Source: a virus
Taxonomy: Duplodnaviria > Caudoviricetes
Direction: 5' to 3' (one strand)
Virus record (IMG/VR): IMGVR_UViG_3300032334_001433
Location: 138,666 to 202,665 of that record
Length of the DNA stretch: 64,000 nucleotides
The notes beneath the pieces are model-generated. The model did not search any database. It saw nothing but the letters and a program-made list of their open reading frames with translations, and had not been told where the DNA came from. Shown one piece after another: positions 54,801 to 64,000 of this stretch; position 1 is the stretch's first letter; every line of letters starts with the position of its first letter. The translations under genes were made by a program, and so were the position numbers.

Positions 54801-57800
54801 GCAACTATTAGTGCAACTATTGATGGTTTAAATACTGGTAATGTATCGGAAAATGCTGCTTCGGGCAATCTGTATTATACAAACGCAAGAGTATATTCTA
54901 ATGTTATTCAAATATTAAGTAGCTTGGGATTAGCATCGGGTGTTAATTTTACTACAGCACAAATACCTGAATCGGGTAATTTATATTACACAAACGCAAG
55001 AGTATATTCAAATGTTGCTCCTTTATTAGCAACAAAAGCAAATGTATCAGATTTAACAACTGCAAATGTTGTAGAATTTACTAATCTATATTATACTAAT
55101 GCAAGAGCCAGATTAGCAATATCTGAAGGCACTGGCGTATCTTATAATAATACAACAGGCGTAATATCAATTGGACAAAATGTTGCGCCTACGGCAAATG
55201 TCCAGTTTAATAATTTAAGAGTAGATGGTAATGCTACTTTCTACGGCACTACTACATTCTATGGAAATGTAACAACTCACACATCAAATAATCTGTCCAT
55301 ATCGGACAATATGATTTATTTGAATTCGGGTTCAGAAACATCAAATCCAGATTTAGGATTTGCTGGAAATTACAACGACGGCATTTACCATCACGCAGGT
55401 TTCTTTAGAGACCATAGTGACGGTGCATGGAAAGTATTTGATAATTATTCTCCAGAACCAGATGCAAATGTCTTTATTAATACGAATCATCCTTCGTTTA
55501 GACTTGCAAATCTTGCTGCAAATTATTTTGTTGGAGATGGTTCGAGATTAACTAATATTGTTCTACCAACAGGTACATTAAATTCAATAACAGGCAATTT
55601 AAATGTAAACGGCAATGTAATTGCAAACGCATTTGTAGCAACTGCCCCCGGAACAGGAACATTATCTTCGACTTCTGATCTCGCATTGACTGCTGCCGGC
55701 AATTTAAATCTTACTGCAAATAACATCAATTTAAATTCAAACGTATTTGCGTCAGGTAATGTAACTGCGAATTATTTCAAAGGTAACGGCGCATTATTAA
55801 CCGGCATTGTTACTACAATTAATTCTGTTGTTGGTAATCTAACAGTTACAGGAAATGTAATTGCTAATGCGTTTGTAGCAACTGCTCCCGGAACAGGAAC
55901 ATTATCCTCTACCTCAGATTTAGCATTGACTGCCGCAGGTAATTTAAATCTTACTGCAAGTAATATTAATCTAAATTCAAACGTATTTGCGTCAGGTAAT
56001 GTAACTGCTAGCTTCTTTAAAGGCAATGGTGCATTATTAACAGGTATTGTTACCACAATCAATTCAGTTACAGGTAATTTGACAGTAACTGGAAATGTAA
56101 TTGCTAATGCGTTTGTATCCACTTCAACTGGCGTAGGTATATTATCATCTACATCTGATTTAGTATTATCTGCATCATCTAATGTAAATATTAACGCAAG
56201 TAATATTAATCTAAATTCAAACGTATTTACTACTGGTAATATAACTGCAAATTATTTCAAAGGTAATGGTGCACTATTAACTGGTATAGTATTACCAGCA
56301 GGTACATTAAATTCTGTAACGGGTAACTTGAATGTTTCTGGTAACGTAATTGCCAACGCAATCTATACTGGCGCAGTAATTAATACAGGCAATGCCTCGG
56401 CCGCATATTTTATAGGCGATGGTTCTAGATTAACTAATATATCTGTAAATTCTGTAACAGGTAACTTGAATGTTGCTGGTAATGTAGTTGCTAATGGATT
56501 TGTTTCTATAGCTCTTGGTGCAGCAATATTATCATCTACCAATGATTTATTAATTAATGCCGCAAGTAATGTAAATATCACCTCAAGCAGTATTAATTTA
56601 AATTCAAATATATTTGCAACAGGAAATATAAGCGCTACCTACTTTAAAGGCAATGGCGCGCTATTAACAGGTATTGTTACTACAATTAACTCTGTTGCCG
56701 GAAATCTAAATGTAACTGGTAACGTAATTGCCAACGCAATTTATACTGGCGCAGTAATTAATACGGGAAATGCCTCGGCTGGGTATTTCATTGGCAATAC
56801 AGTTGCAACAACAGTTGTCTCAACCGGCAACATTACAACAAATGCATATTTTGTTGGGGATGGTTCTAGATTATCTAATATTACTTTACCTGCAGGTACA
56901 TTAAATTCTATAACAGGTAACTTGAATGTTTCCGGCAATGTAATTGCAAATGGATTTGTTTCTACAGCTCTTGGGGCAGCAATATTATCATCTACAAATG
57001 ATCTTTTATTGAATGCAACATCAAATGTATCCATTACTGCAAGCAGTATTAATTTAAATTCAAATGTATTTGCATCTGGTAATATAACCGCAAATTATTT
57101 TAAAGGTAACGGCTCGTTATTAACAGGTATTGTTACTACAATTAATTCTGTAACAGGTAACTTGAATGTTTCCGGTAACGTAATTGCCAATGCAATATAC
57201 ACCGCAGCAGTAATTAATACCGGTAATGCCTCGGCCGCATATTTTATAGGTAACGGCTCGTTATTAACAGGTATTGTTACTACAATTAATTCTGTAAATG
57301 GAAATTTAAATGTAACTGGTAACGTAATTGCTAATACTTTTGTTTCCGGAACAGTTGGTCCGGCAATATTAACTTCTGGTTCTGATATTTACATCAATAC
57401 TATTGCAAATGTAAATATTGTTTCTAGTAATATTAATCTTAATTCAAACGTATTTGCTACTGGTAATATAAGCGCTACATATTTTAAAGGCAATGGTGCA
57501 TTATTAACTGGTATTGTTACTACAATTAATTCCGTAACTGGTAATTTAACAGTAACAGGCAATGTAATTGCCAACGCATTTGTATCTACATCAACTGGCG
57601 TAGGTATATTATCATCAACATCTGATCTGTTATTGAATGCAGTAAGTAATGTAAATATTACAGCATCCAATATTAATTTAAATTCTAATATATTTGCTAC
57701 AGGGAATGTAAGTGCAAACTACTTCAAAGGCAATGGCGCATTATTAACTGGTATAGTATTACCAGCAGGTGCATTAAATTCTGTAACAGGTAATTTAAAT

Positions 57801-59078
57801 GTAAGTGGAAATATAATTGCAGGCGCTGCAATTATTGCAGCAGGAAATATTACTGCAAATACAATAAATTTAACTGGTACGGGCAGTGCATTATTATCAT
57901 CGACTTCGGATATAGTAATAACTACAAGTGCAAATGCAAGCATAACTGCTGCAAATATTAATTTAAATTCTAATATATTTGCTACAGGGAATGTAAGTGC
58001 AAACTACTTCAAAGGCAATGGTGCATTATTAACTGGTATTGTTACTACAATTAATTCCGTTTCAGGTAATTTAAATGTTACAGGTAACGTAATTGCTAAT
58101 GCGTTTATTTCAAGCACAACAGGTGCCGGATTAATATATTCTTCTACAGACTTTAATATTAATTCTGCATCAAATATTAGCATCACCGCAAGTAATGTAA
58201 ATCTTAACTCTAATGTATTTACTACAGGAAATGTTAAGGCAGCATATTTTATCGGCAGTGGAGCATTCTTAACAAATATTACTCTGCCTGCAGGAACATT
58301 AAATTCTGTAACAGGTAACTTAAATGTTTCTGGTAATGTAATTGCCGCAGGTATTTTTGCAAATACATGGCAAGGTATTTATACTGCAAACGTAATTGAA
58401 TCTGCATCTAATTTATATTATACTAATACAAGAGTATATTCAAATATAATTCAGTTGTTGCCAACATTGGCAGGCCAAAATATTTCTATTGCAGCAAATG
58501 GGCAGATTAGTGCAAACATATCCTCATTAACCGGTAATATTACAGTAAACGGCAATTTATTAGTTACAAATTATATTACTGCTAACGGTATAATAATTCG
58601 AGGAACAGAATTAGTAACTGGAGCCGCGGGTGCATTAACAATAAATGCATCAAATGTTTACACCGGAAATATATCTGCAAATGTATGGAATAATCTATAT
58701 ACAGCAAATGTAGTCGAAACTGGCGCAAATCTGTATTTTACAAATACAAGAGTAATTGCAGCATTAAGTGCAGGTGATGGTATAACTCTTGCATCGAATG
58801 GTTTAATTTCTGGCGGTGTTCACACAATTATTGACGCGCAATATTTCAATGGCGGCAATGCAAACATCATGATGGCATCCGCAGTTGCAGATGCAAAACG
58901 TATTATAGTTAATATAGATGGTGTTACACAAATACCTACTCTAGATTATTCTGTTAGCGGAACAACATTAATATTAACTACAATTCCTGCAACAAATTCT
59001 ATAGTTGAAGTTAAATATTTTGGCAATGAAGCAATAACAACATTATCATTCAATCCTTTCTTATTTGCTGGTCTGTGA
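51858..59078 (+). CDS. Giant long-tail-fibre-like protein (2406 aa)
   Basis: Hexapeptide AN-x-x-x-F tract, NLYYTNARV repeats, GNL.V.GNV.A repeats. Confidence 0.8.
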   Translation: MTKLLSGRVKKVKSANVRASRYDFIGLSETEPDLGLPSANGYILVANTDGTRSWQEPAHVVDVANISVSLNNFTTANLREGSNLYYTNTRVYANLSQASINALVDVDTATNAPTEGQGLIWKTNIWVPATISVSSTEISNIANVVLGVVAASTTSGYANSSGFSNVSGFANVSGYANTTGFANVASIANTATNANVSGYANVSGFANIAAIANVSGFANVSGFANVSGYANVANLANYANVAGFANSTNYTNVANYATYALISTLTNFANSAIFANNAGYANVSGFANTSLVSNNSYYTLLAEVAYISNSSNIALRSNFANTTGFANTSTFANTTSFANTSTFANTTSFANVATFANTATFANTTNFANVAAVANTATFANTTYFANVAAVSNTATFANTTNFANVAAVANTSIFANVATFANTTGFANTTSFANLAAVANVATFANTADSANFSGLASIANIAISANFATNSGSANTSGFANISGSANVATFANTASFANTSGFANISGSANVSTFANTAGFANTATVANTAIFANTAGVANTATFANTAIFANTANIANLVISIANFTTSNLAEGSNLYYTNARVISAVTGTTLSNITVTGNVIAGNVRAGYFIGDGSLLTNIVANINSVSGNLTVTGNVIANSMVVGGGTGGIITGANLIQTNYISANIWQGIYTANVIESVSNLYYTNARVYANVAPLLATKANVSDLTTANVIESASNLYYTNVRAVSAVVNTTLSNLTVSGNVIAGNVRAGYFIGDGSQLSNISLITGNLTVSGNVITNTIIFGSAIGSSLTGANVLQATYIVGNVWQGLYTANVIESTSNLYFTNARVFANLSQASINALLDVDTVTAAPTIGQGLIWNGTIWAPASITVSGTETSNIANVVLSTANFTTANIREASSNLYYTNARVYANVLPLLATKANVSDLTTANIFELGDTTTGNVFFSNARARNAISAADGTIIYDPIAGTIRATANVTATISATIDGLNTGNVSENAASGNLYYTNARVYSNVIQILSSLGLASGVNFTTAQIPESGNLYYTNARVYSNVAPLLATKANVSDLTTANVVEFTNLYYTNARARLAISEGTGVSYNNTTGVISIGQNVAPTANVQFNNLRVDGNATFYGTTTFYGNVTTHTSNNLSISDNMIYLNSGSETSNPDLGFAGNYNDGIYHHAGFFRDHSDGAWKVFDNYSPEPDANVFINTNHPSFRLANLAANYFVGDGSRLTNIVLPTGTLNSITGNLNVNGNVIANAFVATAPGTGTLSSTSDLALTAAGNLNLTANNINLNSNVFASGNVTANYFKGNGALLTGIVTTINSVVGNLTVTGNVIANAFVATAPGTGTLSSTSDLALTAAGNLNLTASNINLNSNVFASGNVTASFFKGNGALLTGIVTTINSVTGNLTVTGNVIANAFVSTSTGVGILSSTSDLVLSASSNVNINASNINLNSNVFTTGNITANYFKGNGALLTGIVLPAGTLNSVTGNLNVSGNVIANAIYTGAVINTGNASAAYFIGDGSRLTNISVNSVTGNLNVAGNVVANGFVSIALGAAILSSTNDLLINAASNVNITSSSINLNSNIFATGNISATYFKGNGALLTGIVTTINSVAGNLNVTGNVIANAIYTGAVINTGNASAGYFIGNTVATTVVSTGNITTNAYFVGDGSRLSNITLPAGTLNSITGNLNVSGNVIANGFVSTALGAAILSSTNDLLLNATSNVSITASSINLNSNVFASGNITANYFKGNGSLLTGIVTTINSVTGNLNVSGNVIANAIYTAAVINTGNASAAYFIGNGSLLTGIVTTINSVNGNLNVTGNVIANTFVSGTVGPAILTSGSDIYINTIANVNIVSSNINLNSNVFATGNISATYFKGNGALLTGIVTTINSVTGNLTVTGNVIANAFVSTSTGVGILSSTSDLLLNAVSNVNITASNINLNSNIFATGNVSANYFKGNGALLTGIVLPAGALNSVTGNLNVSGNIIAGAAIIAAGNITANTINLTGTGSALLSSTSDIVITTSANASITAANINLNSNIFATGNVSANYFKGNGALLTGIVTTINSVSGNLNVTGNVIANAFISSTTGAGLIYSSTDFNINSASNISITASNVNLNSNVFTTGNVKAAYFIGSGAFLTNITLPAGTLNSVTGNLNVSGNVIAAGIFANTWQGIYTANVIESASNLYYTNTRVYSNIIQLLPTLAGQNISIAANGQISANISSLTGNITVNGNLLVTNYITANGIIIRGTELVTGAAGALTINASNVYTGNISANVWNNLYTANVVETGANLYFTNTRVIAALSAGDGITLASNGLISGGVHTIIDAQYFNGGNANIMMASAVADAKRIIVNIDGVTQIPTLDYSVSGTTLILTTIPATNSIVEVKYFGNEAITTLSFNPFLFAGL
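52320..53560 (+). repeat. Coding 18-bp/6-aa tandem repeat (F-A-N-[T/V]-x-x), about 60-70 units
   Basis: FANTATFANTTSFANVAT... Confidence 0.9.
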
Positions 59079-59087
59079 GAGTAAAAT

Positions 59088-60152
59088 ATGGCGTTAAATT
59101 TTAAAGTATTGGGGCAATCAACAAGCCTTTCTGGAAATTCAAATATCATTTTATATGGAGTACCTTACTATACAAGTACGGTAGTATCCACATTAAATGT
59201 TTGTAATTATGGTTCGGGTCCTGCAACATTTGATGTTGCATTTAGAAAAGGCGGCGCGAATTTAACAAGCAAGCATTATTTCTCATATAGAACACCAATT
59301 GCTGCATATGAATCTATAGGTATTACTGCAGGAATTACTTTGGATCAAGCAGATCTTGTAGTAATATCTGCAAATACCTCAAATGTTAGTTTCAATTTAT
59401 TTGGTACGGAAAGCTTTGCTGGAGGCGGATCTGTATTCCCGACCATGGAATATTTAATTGTTGCGGGTGGTGGCAATGGTGGCGGCGGTAGTACCGCAGG
59501 TGGTGGTGGAGGTGGCGGCTTTAGATTTGGTAGTTTAAATACTCCAATGACAGGAACCGCTACTTATACAATTACCGTCGGCGCTGGTGGTACAAACGCA
59601 TCAAGTATTGATGGCGGATATCTTGTTTCAAAAGTAGAATCTGCAGGGGGCGGCGCAGCAGGTCAAAATGGAGGCTCGGGTGGCGGTAACGGTGGTCTTG
59701 GTAATGTACCAGCAACAACTCCTAGACAAGGATATGACGGAGGAATAGCATTTAACGGTTCATCTGGCGGTGGCGGTGGCGCTGGCGCAGCAGGCTCCGG
59801 ACTTAATGGCGGCGTTGGAGCATATTCGAGTATAACCGGTACTTCATTACCTTATTCTGGTGGCGGCGGAGGTTCTTATTCCGGCGGCCAAGGCGGTAAC
59901 GGCGGTGACGGCGGCGGTGGTTTAGGTGTTGGTTTTAGTTATGGCGGCGCTGGATATTTAGGAAACGGAGTCAACGGAGGAACAAATACTGGAGGCGGTG
60001 GAGGTGGTTCCGGTTCTGGTGGTTCTGGTGTTGTTATAATAAGATATTCAAATACATTACCTGCAGCAACTAGTACAGGAAGCCCAACAATAACATCTGC
60101 CAACGGATATCAAATATATAAGTTTACATCATCTGGCACATTGACGGTGTAA
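59088..60152 (+). CDS. Gly-rich-domain fibre-tip/virion protein
   Basis: EYLIVAGGG...GGSGVVIIRY. Confidence 0.75.
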   Translation: MALNFKVLGQSTSLSGNSNIILYGVPYYTSTVVSTLNVCNYGSGPATFDVAFRKGGANLTSKHYFSYRTPIAAYESIGITAGITLDQADLVVISANTSNVSFNLFGTESFAGGGSVFPTMEYLIVAGGGNGGGGSTAGGGGGGGFRFGSLNTPMTGTATYTITVGAGGTNASSIDGGYLVSKVESAGGGAAGQNGGSGGGNGGLGNVPATTPRQGYDGGIAFNGSSGGGGGAGAAGSGLNGGVGAYSSITGTSLPYSGGGGGSYSGGQGGNGGDGGGGLGVGFSYGGAGYLGNGVNGGTNTGGGGGGSGSGGSGVVIIRYSNTLPAATSTGSPTITSANGYQIYKFTSSGTLTV

Positions 60153-60158
60153 ACAACT

Positions 60159-62243
60159 ATGACGTTCTCATTTCAAAATTTTAATTTCCGCGGGGATTTT
60201 AATATAACGACTCCTGTTGGAGGAGCAGCGGCTCCATCCGATCCTTATTTTAAATATGTTGCAATGTTATTACATGGTAATGGTACCAATACATCACAAA
60301 ATAATACGTTCATAGATTCTAGTACAAATAATTTTACTATTACACGTGGCGGCACGGCAACTCAAGGTAGTTTTAGTCCGTATGATACGACTTGGTCTAA
60401 CTATTTTATACGAGCATCTTCGCAATACTTAACAGTATCTAATGCAGGGAGTCAATTTACTTTTGGTACGGGTGCATTTACAATTGAGTGCTGGGTAAAT
60501 TTAGCTTCTATGCCATCGGGGACCGGTTATCCGACGAGTTTTTGGATGTTTGGTGGCGGTCCAGTAAATAGTAATCCTGGTATGGATTTTTATATTAACA
60601 GCACACAAATTGGTTTTAATCTTGTAGATTTTACTGCCCCCACTGCTATTGGCAATCACGGAATAACCACAGGAGGTTGGTATCATATTGCAGTTGTTAG
60701 AGGCGGTACTTCAAATCAAACAGTTTCTATTTATGTAAATGGAACTAGAGTTGCTACGGCCAGTAGTGTCACAGCAACCGCAGATCCTGCTCTTACTGGT
60801 ATTGCAATATCTGCCGCGGAACCTAGTGGAGCTACAGGGGGAAACTTTGATGGGTATATTAGTAACTTTAGAATTGTTAAAGGTGCTGCGGTATATGATC
60901 CCACGCAAACAACTATAACGGTTCCTACAACCGCATTAACTGCAATTAGTGGCACATCATTACTCACTTGCCAATCAAACCAATTCATTGATAATAGTAC
61001 AAACGCATTTACTATTACACCTGCCGGTACTCCTGCAGTACAAAGTTTTAGTCCGTTTGCTCCAACAACTGCATACAGTACCAGTACAATTAGCGGCAGT
61101 GCTTATTTTAATGGTTCTGGAAATTATTTAAATTTTCCAAGCAATTCTGCATTTTCATTTGCAACGGGAGATTTTACTATAGAGGCATGGGTTTATCCTA
61201 CCGCAGCTCATACGGGCGCAGGAATGGTTATCTTTGATTCGAGAGATACATATAATACCTATAATGGTATAAATATGTGGCTACGTGGTAGTACTAATGT
61301 TTTAACGTTTTCTACCAATGGAAATCAAGAATACGCAGGCTCTCTTACTGCTCCTGTAAATACTTGGACTCATGTGGCAGTTGTTAAAACTTCTGGCATA
61401 ATAAAATCATATGTAAATGGTGTACTTTCCACTACATTTAGCTATGCTACTAGTTTAACTGATACTAGTGCAATGATTGGTAGAAGCACAGATACTAATA
61501 CTAGCTATTATTTTGAAGGGTATATATCAGATGCAAGAGTAGTAAAAGGTACAGCGGTTTATACATCAGCATTTACTCCGACAACTACACCATTAACTGC
61601 AATTTCAGGCACAAGTCTATTACTCAACGGTACTAACGCTGGCATTTACGACAATGCTATGATGAATGATCTGATAACTGCTGGCACTGCACAGATTAGC
61701 ACAACGCAATCTAAGTTTGGCGGATCATCTATATATCTTGCAGGTGCAGGAAATTATTTAAGTATACCGCACTCAAGTGCATTAAATTTTGGAACTGGTA
61801 ACTTTACTATAGAAACATGGATCTATTATAATTCATTATCTAATATACCATTCCTATTTCAGAAAATGTCCGGAACAACTGGATGGTTTATAGAAATTGG
61901 AACAAGCACTGTATATTTTGGTTGGGGTTCTGCTAGTAGTAGTCAATATATAGCATTCTCTACATCATTATCTACCGGGGTTTGGTATCATATTGCGGTG
62001 ACTAGAACAGGATCTACGCTTAATGCGTTTGTAAATGGTGTATCTCCTGGTGCGCAAACATTAACTAGTGCAGATTCGAGTTATGATAATACAGTCAATG
62101 CAACGATTGGCGGATATTATGCGGGAACGTCAACATATGATTTAAATGGTTATATAGATGATTTTCGAATAACTAAAGGAAATGTTCGATATACTTCAAA
62201 CTTTACGCCGCCGACGGCACCATTCCCTGATATTGGACCATAA
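60159..62243 (+). CDS. LamG/concanavalin A-like domain protein (multiple copies), putative receptor-binding
   Basis: Repeated F.FGTG.FTIE.W, WYHIAVVR, GYISNFRIVKG. Confidence 0.8.
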   Translation: MTFSFQNFNFRGDFNITTPVGGAAAPSDPYFKYVAMLLHGNGTNTSQNNTFIDSSTNNFTITRGGTATQGSFSPYDTTWSNYFIRASSQYLTVSNAGSQFTFGTGAFTIECWVNLASMPSGTGYPTSFWMFGGGPVNSNPGMDFYINSTQIGFNLVDFTAPTAIGNHGITTGGWYHIAVVRGGTSNQTVSIYVNGTRVATASSVTATADPALTGIAISAAEPSGATGGNFDGYISNFRIVKGAAVYDPTQTTITVPTTALTAISGTSLLTCQSNQFIDNSTNAFTITPAGTPAVQSFSPFAPTTAYSTSTISGSAYFNGSGNYLNFPSNSAFSFATGDFTIEAWVYPTAAHTGAGMVIFDSRDTYNTYNGINMWLRGSTNVLTFSTNGNQEYAGSLTAPVNTWTHVAVVKTSGIIKSYVNGVLSTTFSYATSLTDTSAMIGRSTDTNTSYYFEGYISDARVVKGTAVYTSAFTPTTTPLTAISGTSLLLNGTNAGIYDNAMMNDLITAGTAQISTTQSKFGGSSIYLAGAGNYLSIPHSSALNFGTGNFTIETWIYYNSLSNIPFLFQKMSGTTGWFIEIGTSTVYFGWGSASSSQYIAFSTSLSTGVWYHIAVTRTGSTLNAFVNGVSPGAQTLTSADSSYDNTVNATIGGYYAGTSTYDLNGYIDDFRITKGNVRYTSNFTPPTAPFPDIGP

Positions 62244-62248
62244 TATAA

Positions 62249-63145
62249 ATGTTTACTTTTCAAAATTTTAATTGGACAGGCGGTTTTAGAATTTATACGA
62301 ATGCGATATCTTCTGTTGAATATCTGCTTGTTGCTGGCGGTGGATCTGGCGGAGTAAATAGTAATCAGGGCGGCGGTGCCGGTGGTTTACAAACTGGAAT
62401 TGTAAATGTTGTTTTAGGTACTACATATACTATAACAATTGGCGCAGGAGCGGCTGCTGCATCTTCTCCAACTTCCTCAACATTAACTAGTGGATTGCAT
62501 GGAAGTAATTCAAGTTTTTCTGCAGTAGTAACTCCTTCATATAGAGGCGGTGGGGGTGGTCTTGCTGGGTCAAATTTAGGATCGGCTGGCGGCGGTATTA
62601 CTGCTAATTATACTATTGGTCAAGGAAATGCAGGTGGATCTGGCGGTTCAACTCAAAATGGCGGCGGAGGAGCAGGTGCAACTGGAGCTGCAGGCACAGG
62701 ATCTTGGCCATTTGGTCCGGGTACTAGTGGAGCCGGCGGCGCAGGGCTATCCTCTGCTCTTATTACCGCAAATCTTGCAACTGCTTTAAATGTTGGTCAA
62801 GTAAGTGGCGGCAATGTATGGTTTGCCGGCGGCGGCGGTGGCTCTGGAGACTATAGAGGTGTTGGTGCAGGTGCTGGCGGTCTTGGTGGAGGAGGTGCCG
62901 GAAGTGCAGTTAAAGGTGGTAATGCTACAAGTGGTACTGCAAATTCAGGAGGTGGCGGAGGCGGCTCATCTTATAGTCCCGATTCTACACAAGGTGATAG
63001 CGGCGCCGGCGGTTCTGGAATAGCAATTCTTAGATACTCAAGTGTTTATCCTGCAGCATCAAATACAACAGGTTCGCCAAATCTAAGTATTGTTAGTGGA
63101 TATAACATATATACATTTAAGAGTTCTGGTACAATAACATTTTAA
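62249..63145 (+). CDS. Gly-rich-domain virion protein
   Basis: VEYLLVAGGGSGG...GGSGIAILRY. Confidence 0.78.
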   Translation: MFTFQNFNWTGGFRIYTNAISSVEYLLVAGGGSGGVNSNQGGGAGGLQTGIVNVVLGTTYTITIGAGAAAASSPTSSTLTSGLHGSNSSFSAVVTPSYRGGGGGLAGSNLGSAGGGITANYTIGQGNAGGSGGSTQNGGGGAGATGAAGTGSWPFGPGTSGAGGAGLSSALITANLATALNVGQVSGGNVWFAGGGGGSGDYRGVGAGAGGLGGGGAGSAVKGGNATSGTANSGGGGGGSSYSPDSTQGDSGAGGSGIAILRYSSVYPAASNTTGSPNLSIVSGYNIYTFKSSGTITF

Positions 63146-63151
63146 AATATT

Positions 63152-64000
63152 ATGTTTACTTTTCAAAATATTAATTGGAACGGCGGATTTGCACTGGTAT
63201 CAAATTACTTGACATCTGTTGATTTTTTGCTTGTTGGAGGAGGTGGCTCTGGCGGTGTAAATAGTAATCAAGGTGGAGGTGCCGGTGGTATGCAGGCCAA
63301 TACTGCTTCTGTGTCCATAGGTACTATATATACAGTAACAATCGGTGCAGGTGCTCCTGCAGTATCATCGCCAAGTAATGGATCAATTGTTGGCGGAACT
63401 CATGGAAGTAATTCAATTTTTTCCGCATGGGTAACACCTTCGTATGGCGGGGGTGGGGCTGGATTGGCAGGTGGAGTTGTAGGATCGGGCGGCGGTGCTA
63501 TTACAAATAATTATACTCCCGGTCAAGGTAATCCTGGAGGCTCATCGGGTCCTGCAGGCGGCGGTGGAGCGGGGGCTGCAGGTGGAAACTTTAGTGGATC
63601 TTGGCCAACCTCTGGTACTGGTGGAGCCGGGGGTGCTGGAAGATCATCTTCTCTTATAACTGCAAATTTAGCAACTGCTTTAAGTGTAGGTGAAGTAAGC
63701 GTAGGCAATGTTTATTTTGCAGGTGGCGGCGGTAGCTCTGGTGACGTTCGAGGTGTTGCTGGTGGCGCTGCTGGTCTTGGAGGTGGTGGAGCAGGTGTGT
63801 CCGGCGGCGGACAAAATGCAAATAGTGGATCTGCAAATTCCGGTGGCGGCGGTGGAGGTTCTTCTTATGGAAATGGCGGTAATCAAGGTAACAGTGGCGC
63901 CGGTGGTTCCGGTGTAGCAATTATTCGTTTACCTGCAGCATATTTTGCATCAAATACAACAGGATCTCCTAACTTAAGTATTGTAGGTGGATATAACATA
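63152..64000 (+). CDS. Gly-rich-domain virion protein, paralogue of 62249-63145 (3' truncated by window)
   Basis: Hand-translated MFTFQNINWNGGF...VDFLLVGGGGSGG...GGSGVAIIRL; runs off the window. Confidence 0.8.
   Translation, partial: MFTFQNINWNGGFALVSNYLTSVDFLLVGGGGSGGVNSNQGGGAGGMQANTASVSIGTIYTVTIGAGAPAVSSPSNGSIVGGTHGSNSIFSAWVTPSYGGGGAGLAGGVVGSGGGAITNNYTPGQGNPGGSSGPAGGGGAGAAGGNFSGSWPTSGTGGAGGAGRSSSLITANLATALSVGEVSVGNVYFAGGGGSSGDVRGVAGGAAGLGGGGAGVSGGGQNANSGSANSGGGGGGSSYGNGGNQGNSGAGGSGVAIIRLPAAYFASNTTGSPNLSIVGGYNI

Noticed and set aside
52112-58186. Many minus-strand ORFs (e.g. 52772-53560) within the fibre genes
   Set aside because: Antisense shadows of stop-poor repetitive coding sequence.
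62249-64000. Possible DGR template/variable repeat pair
   Set aside because: Differences are mostly synonymous and not adenine-specific; no reverse transcriptase in the window; ordinary paralogues.
1-64000. CRISPR array or alternative genetic code
   Set aside because: No repeat-spacer array; TAA, TAG and TGA all end coherent genes and no suppressor tRNA is present.

Overview
64 kb segment of an AT-rich T4-like (Tevenvirinae/Kyanoviridae-like) myophage, probably infecting a freshwater betaproteobacterium (short beta-type RpoZ, DUF3563-like protein; inference). In order: a sugar-nucleotide/glycosylation island (RfbB-like end, HldD, HldE kinase, fused TPP enzyme, Zn dehydrogenase, FkbM, GT2); replication core (gp45-44-62-regA, hsp20, gp43, uvsX, gp41); a late cell-envelope module; 26 tRNA genes (23 in one array covering all 20 amino acids) with GroES and unexplained structured RNAs; stress/transcription genes (MazG-like, rubrerythrin, rubredoxin, RpoZ, Dps); late proteins bearing T4-type capsid-targeting N-termini; and two giant repeat-rich fibre proteins plus Gly-rich/LamG tip proteins. 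Top finding: a 31-codon leader ORF (26540-26635, absent from the ORF track) containing all 20 amino acids and 29 different codons, matching 25 of the 26 phage tRNAs. Its last codons can pair with the 5' arm of an intrinsic terminator just upstream of the tRNA array, suggesting a universal tRNA-surveillance attenuator. Family assignments are from motif recognition; no searches or folding programs were run.
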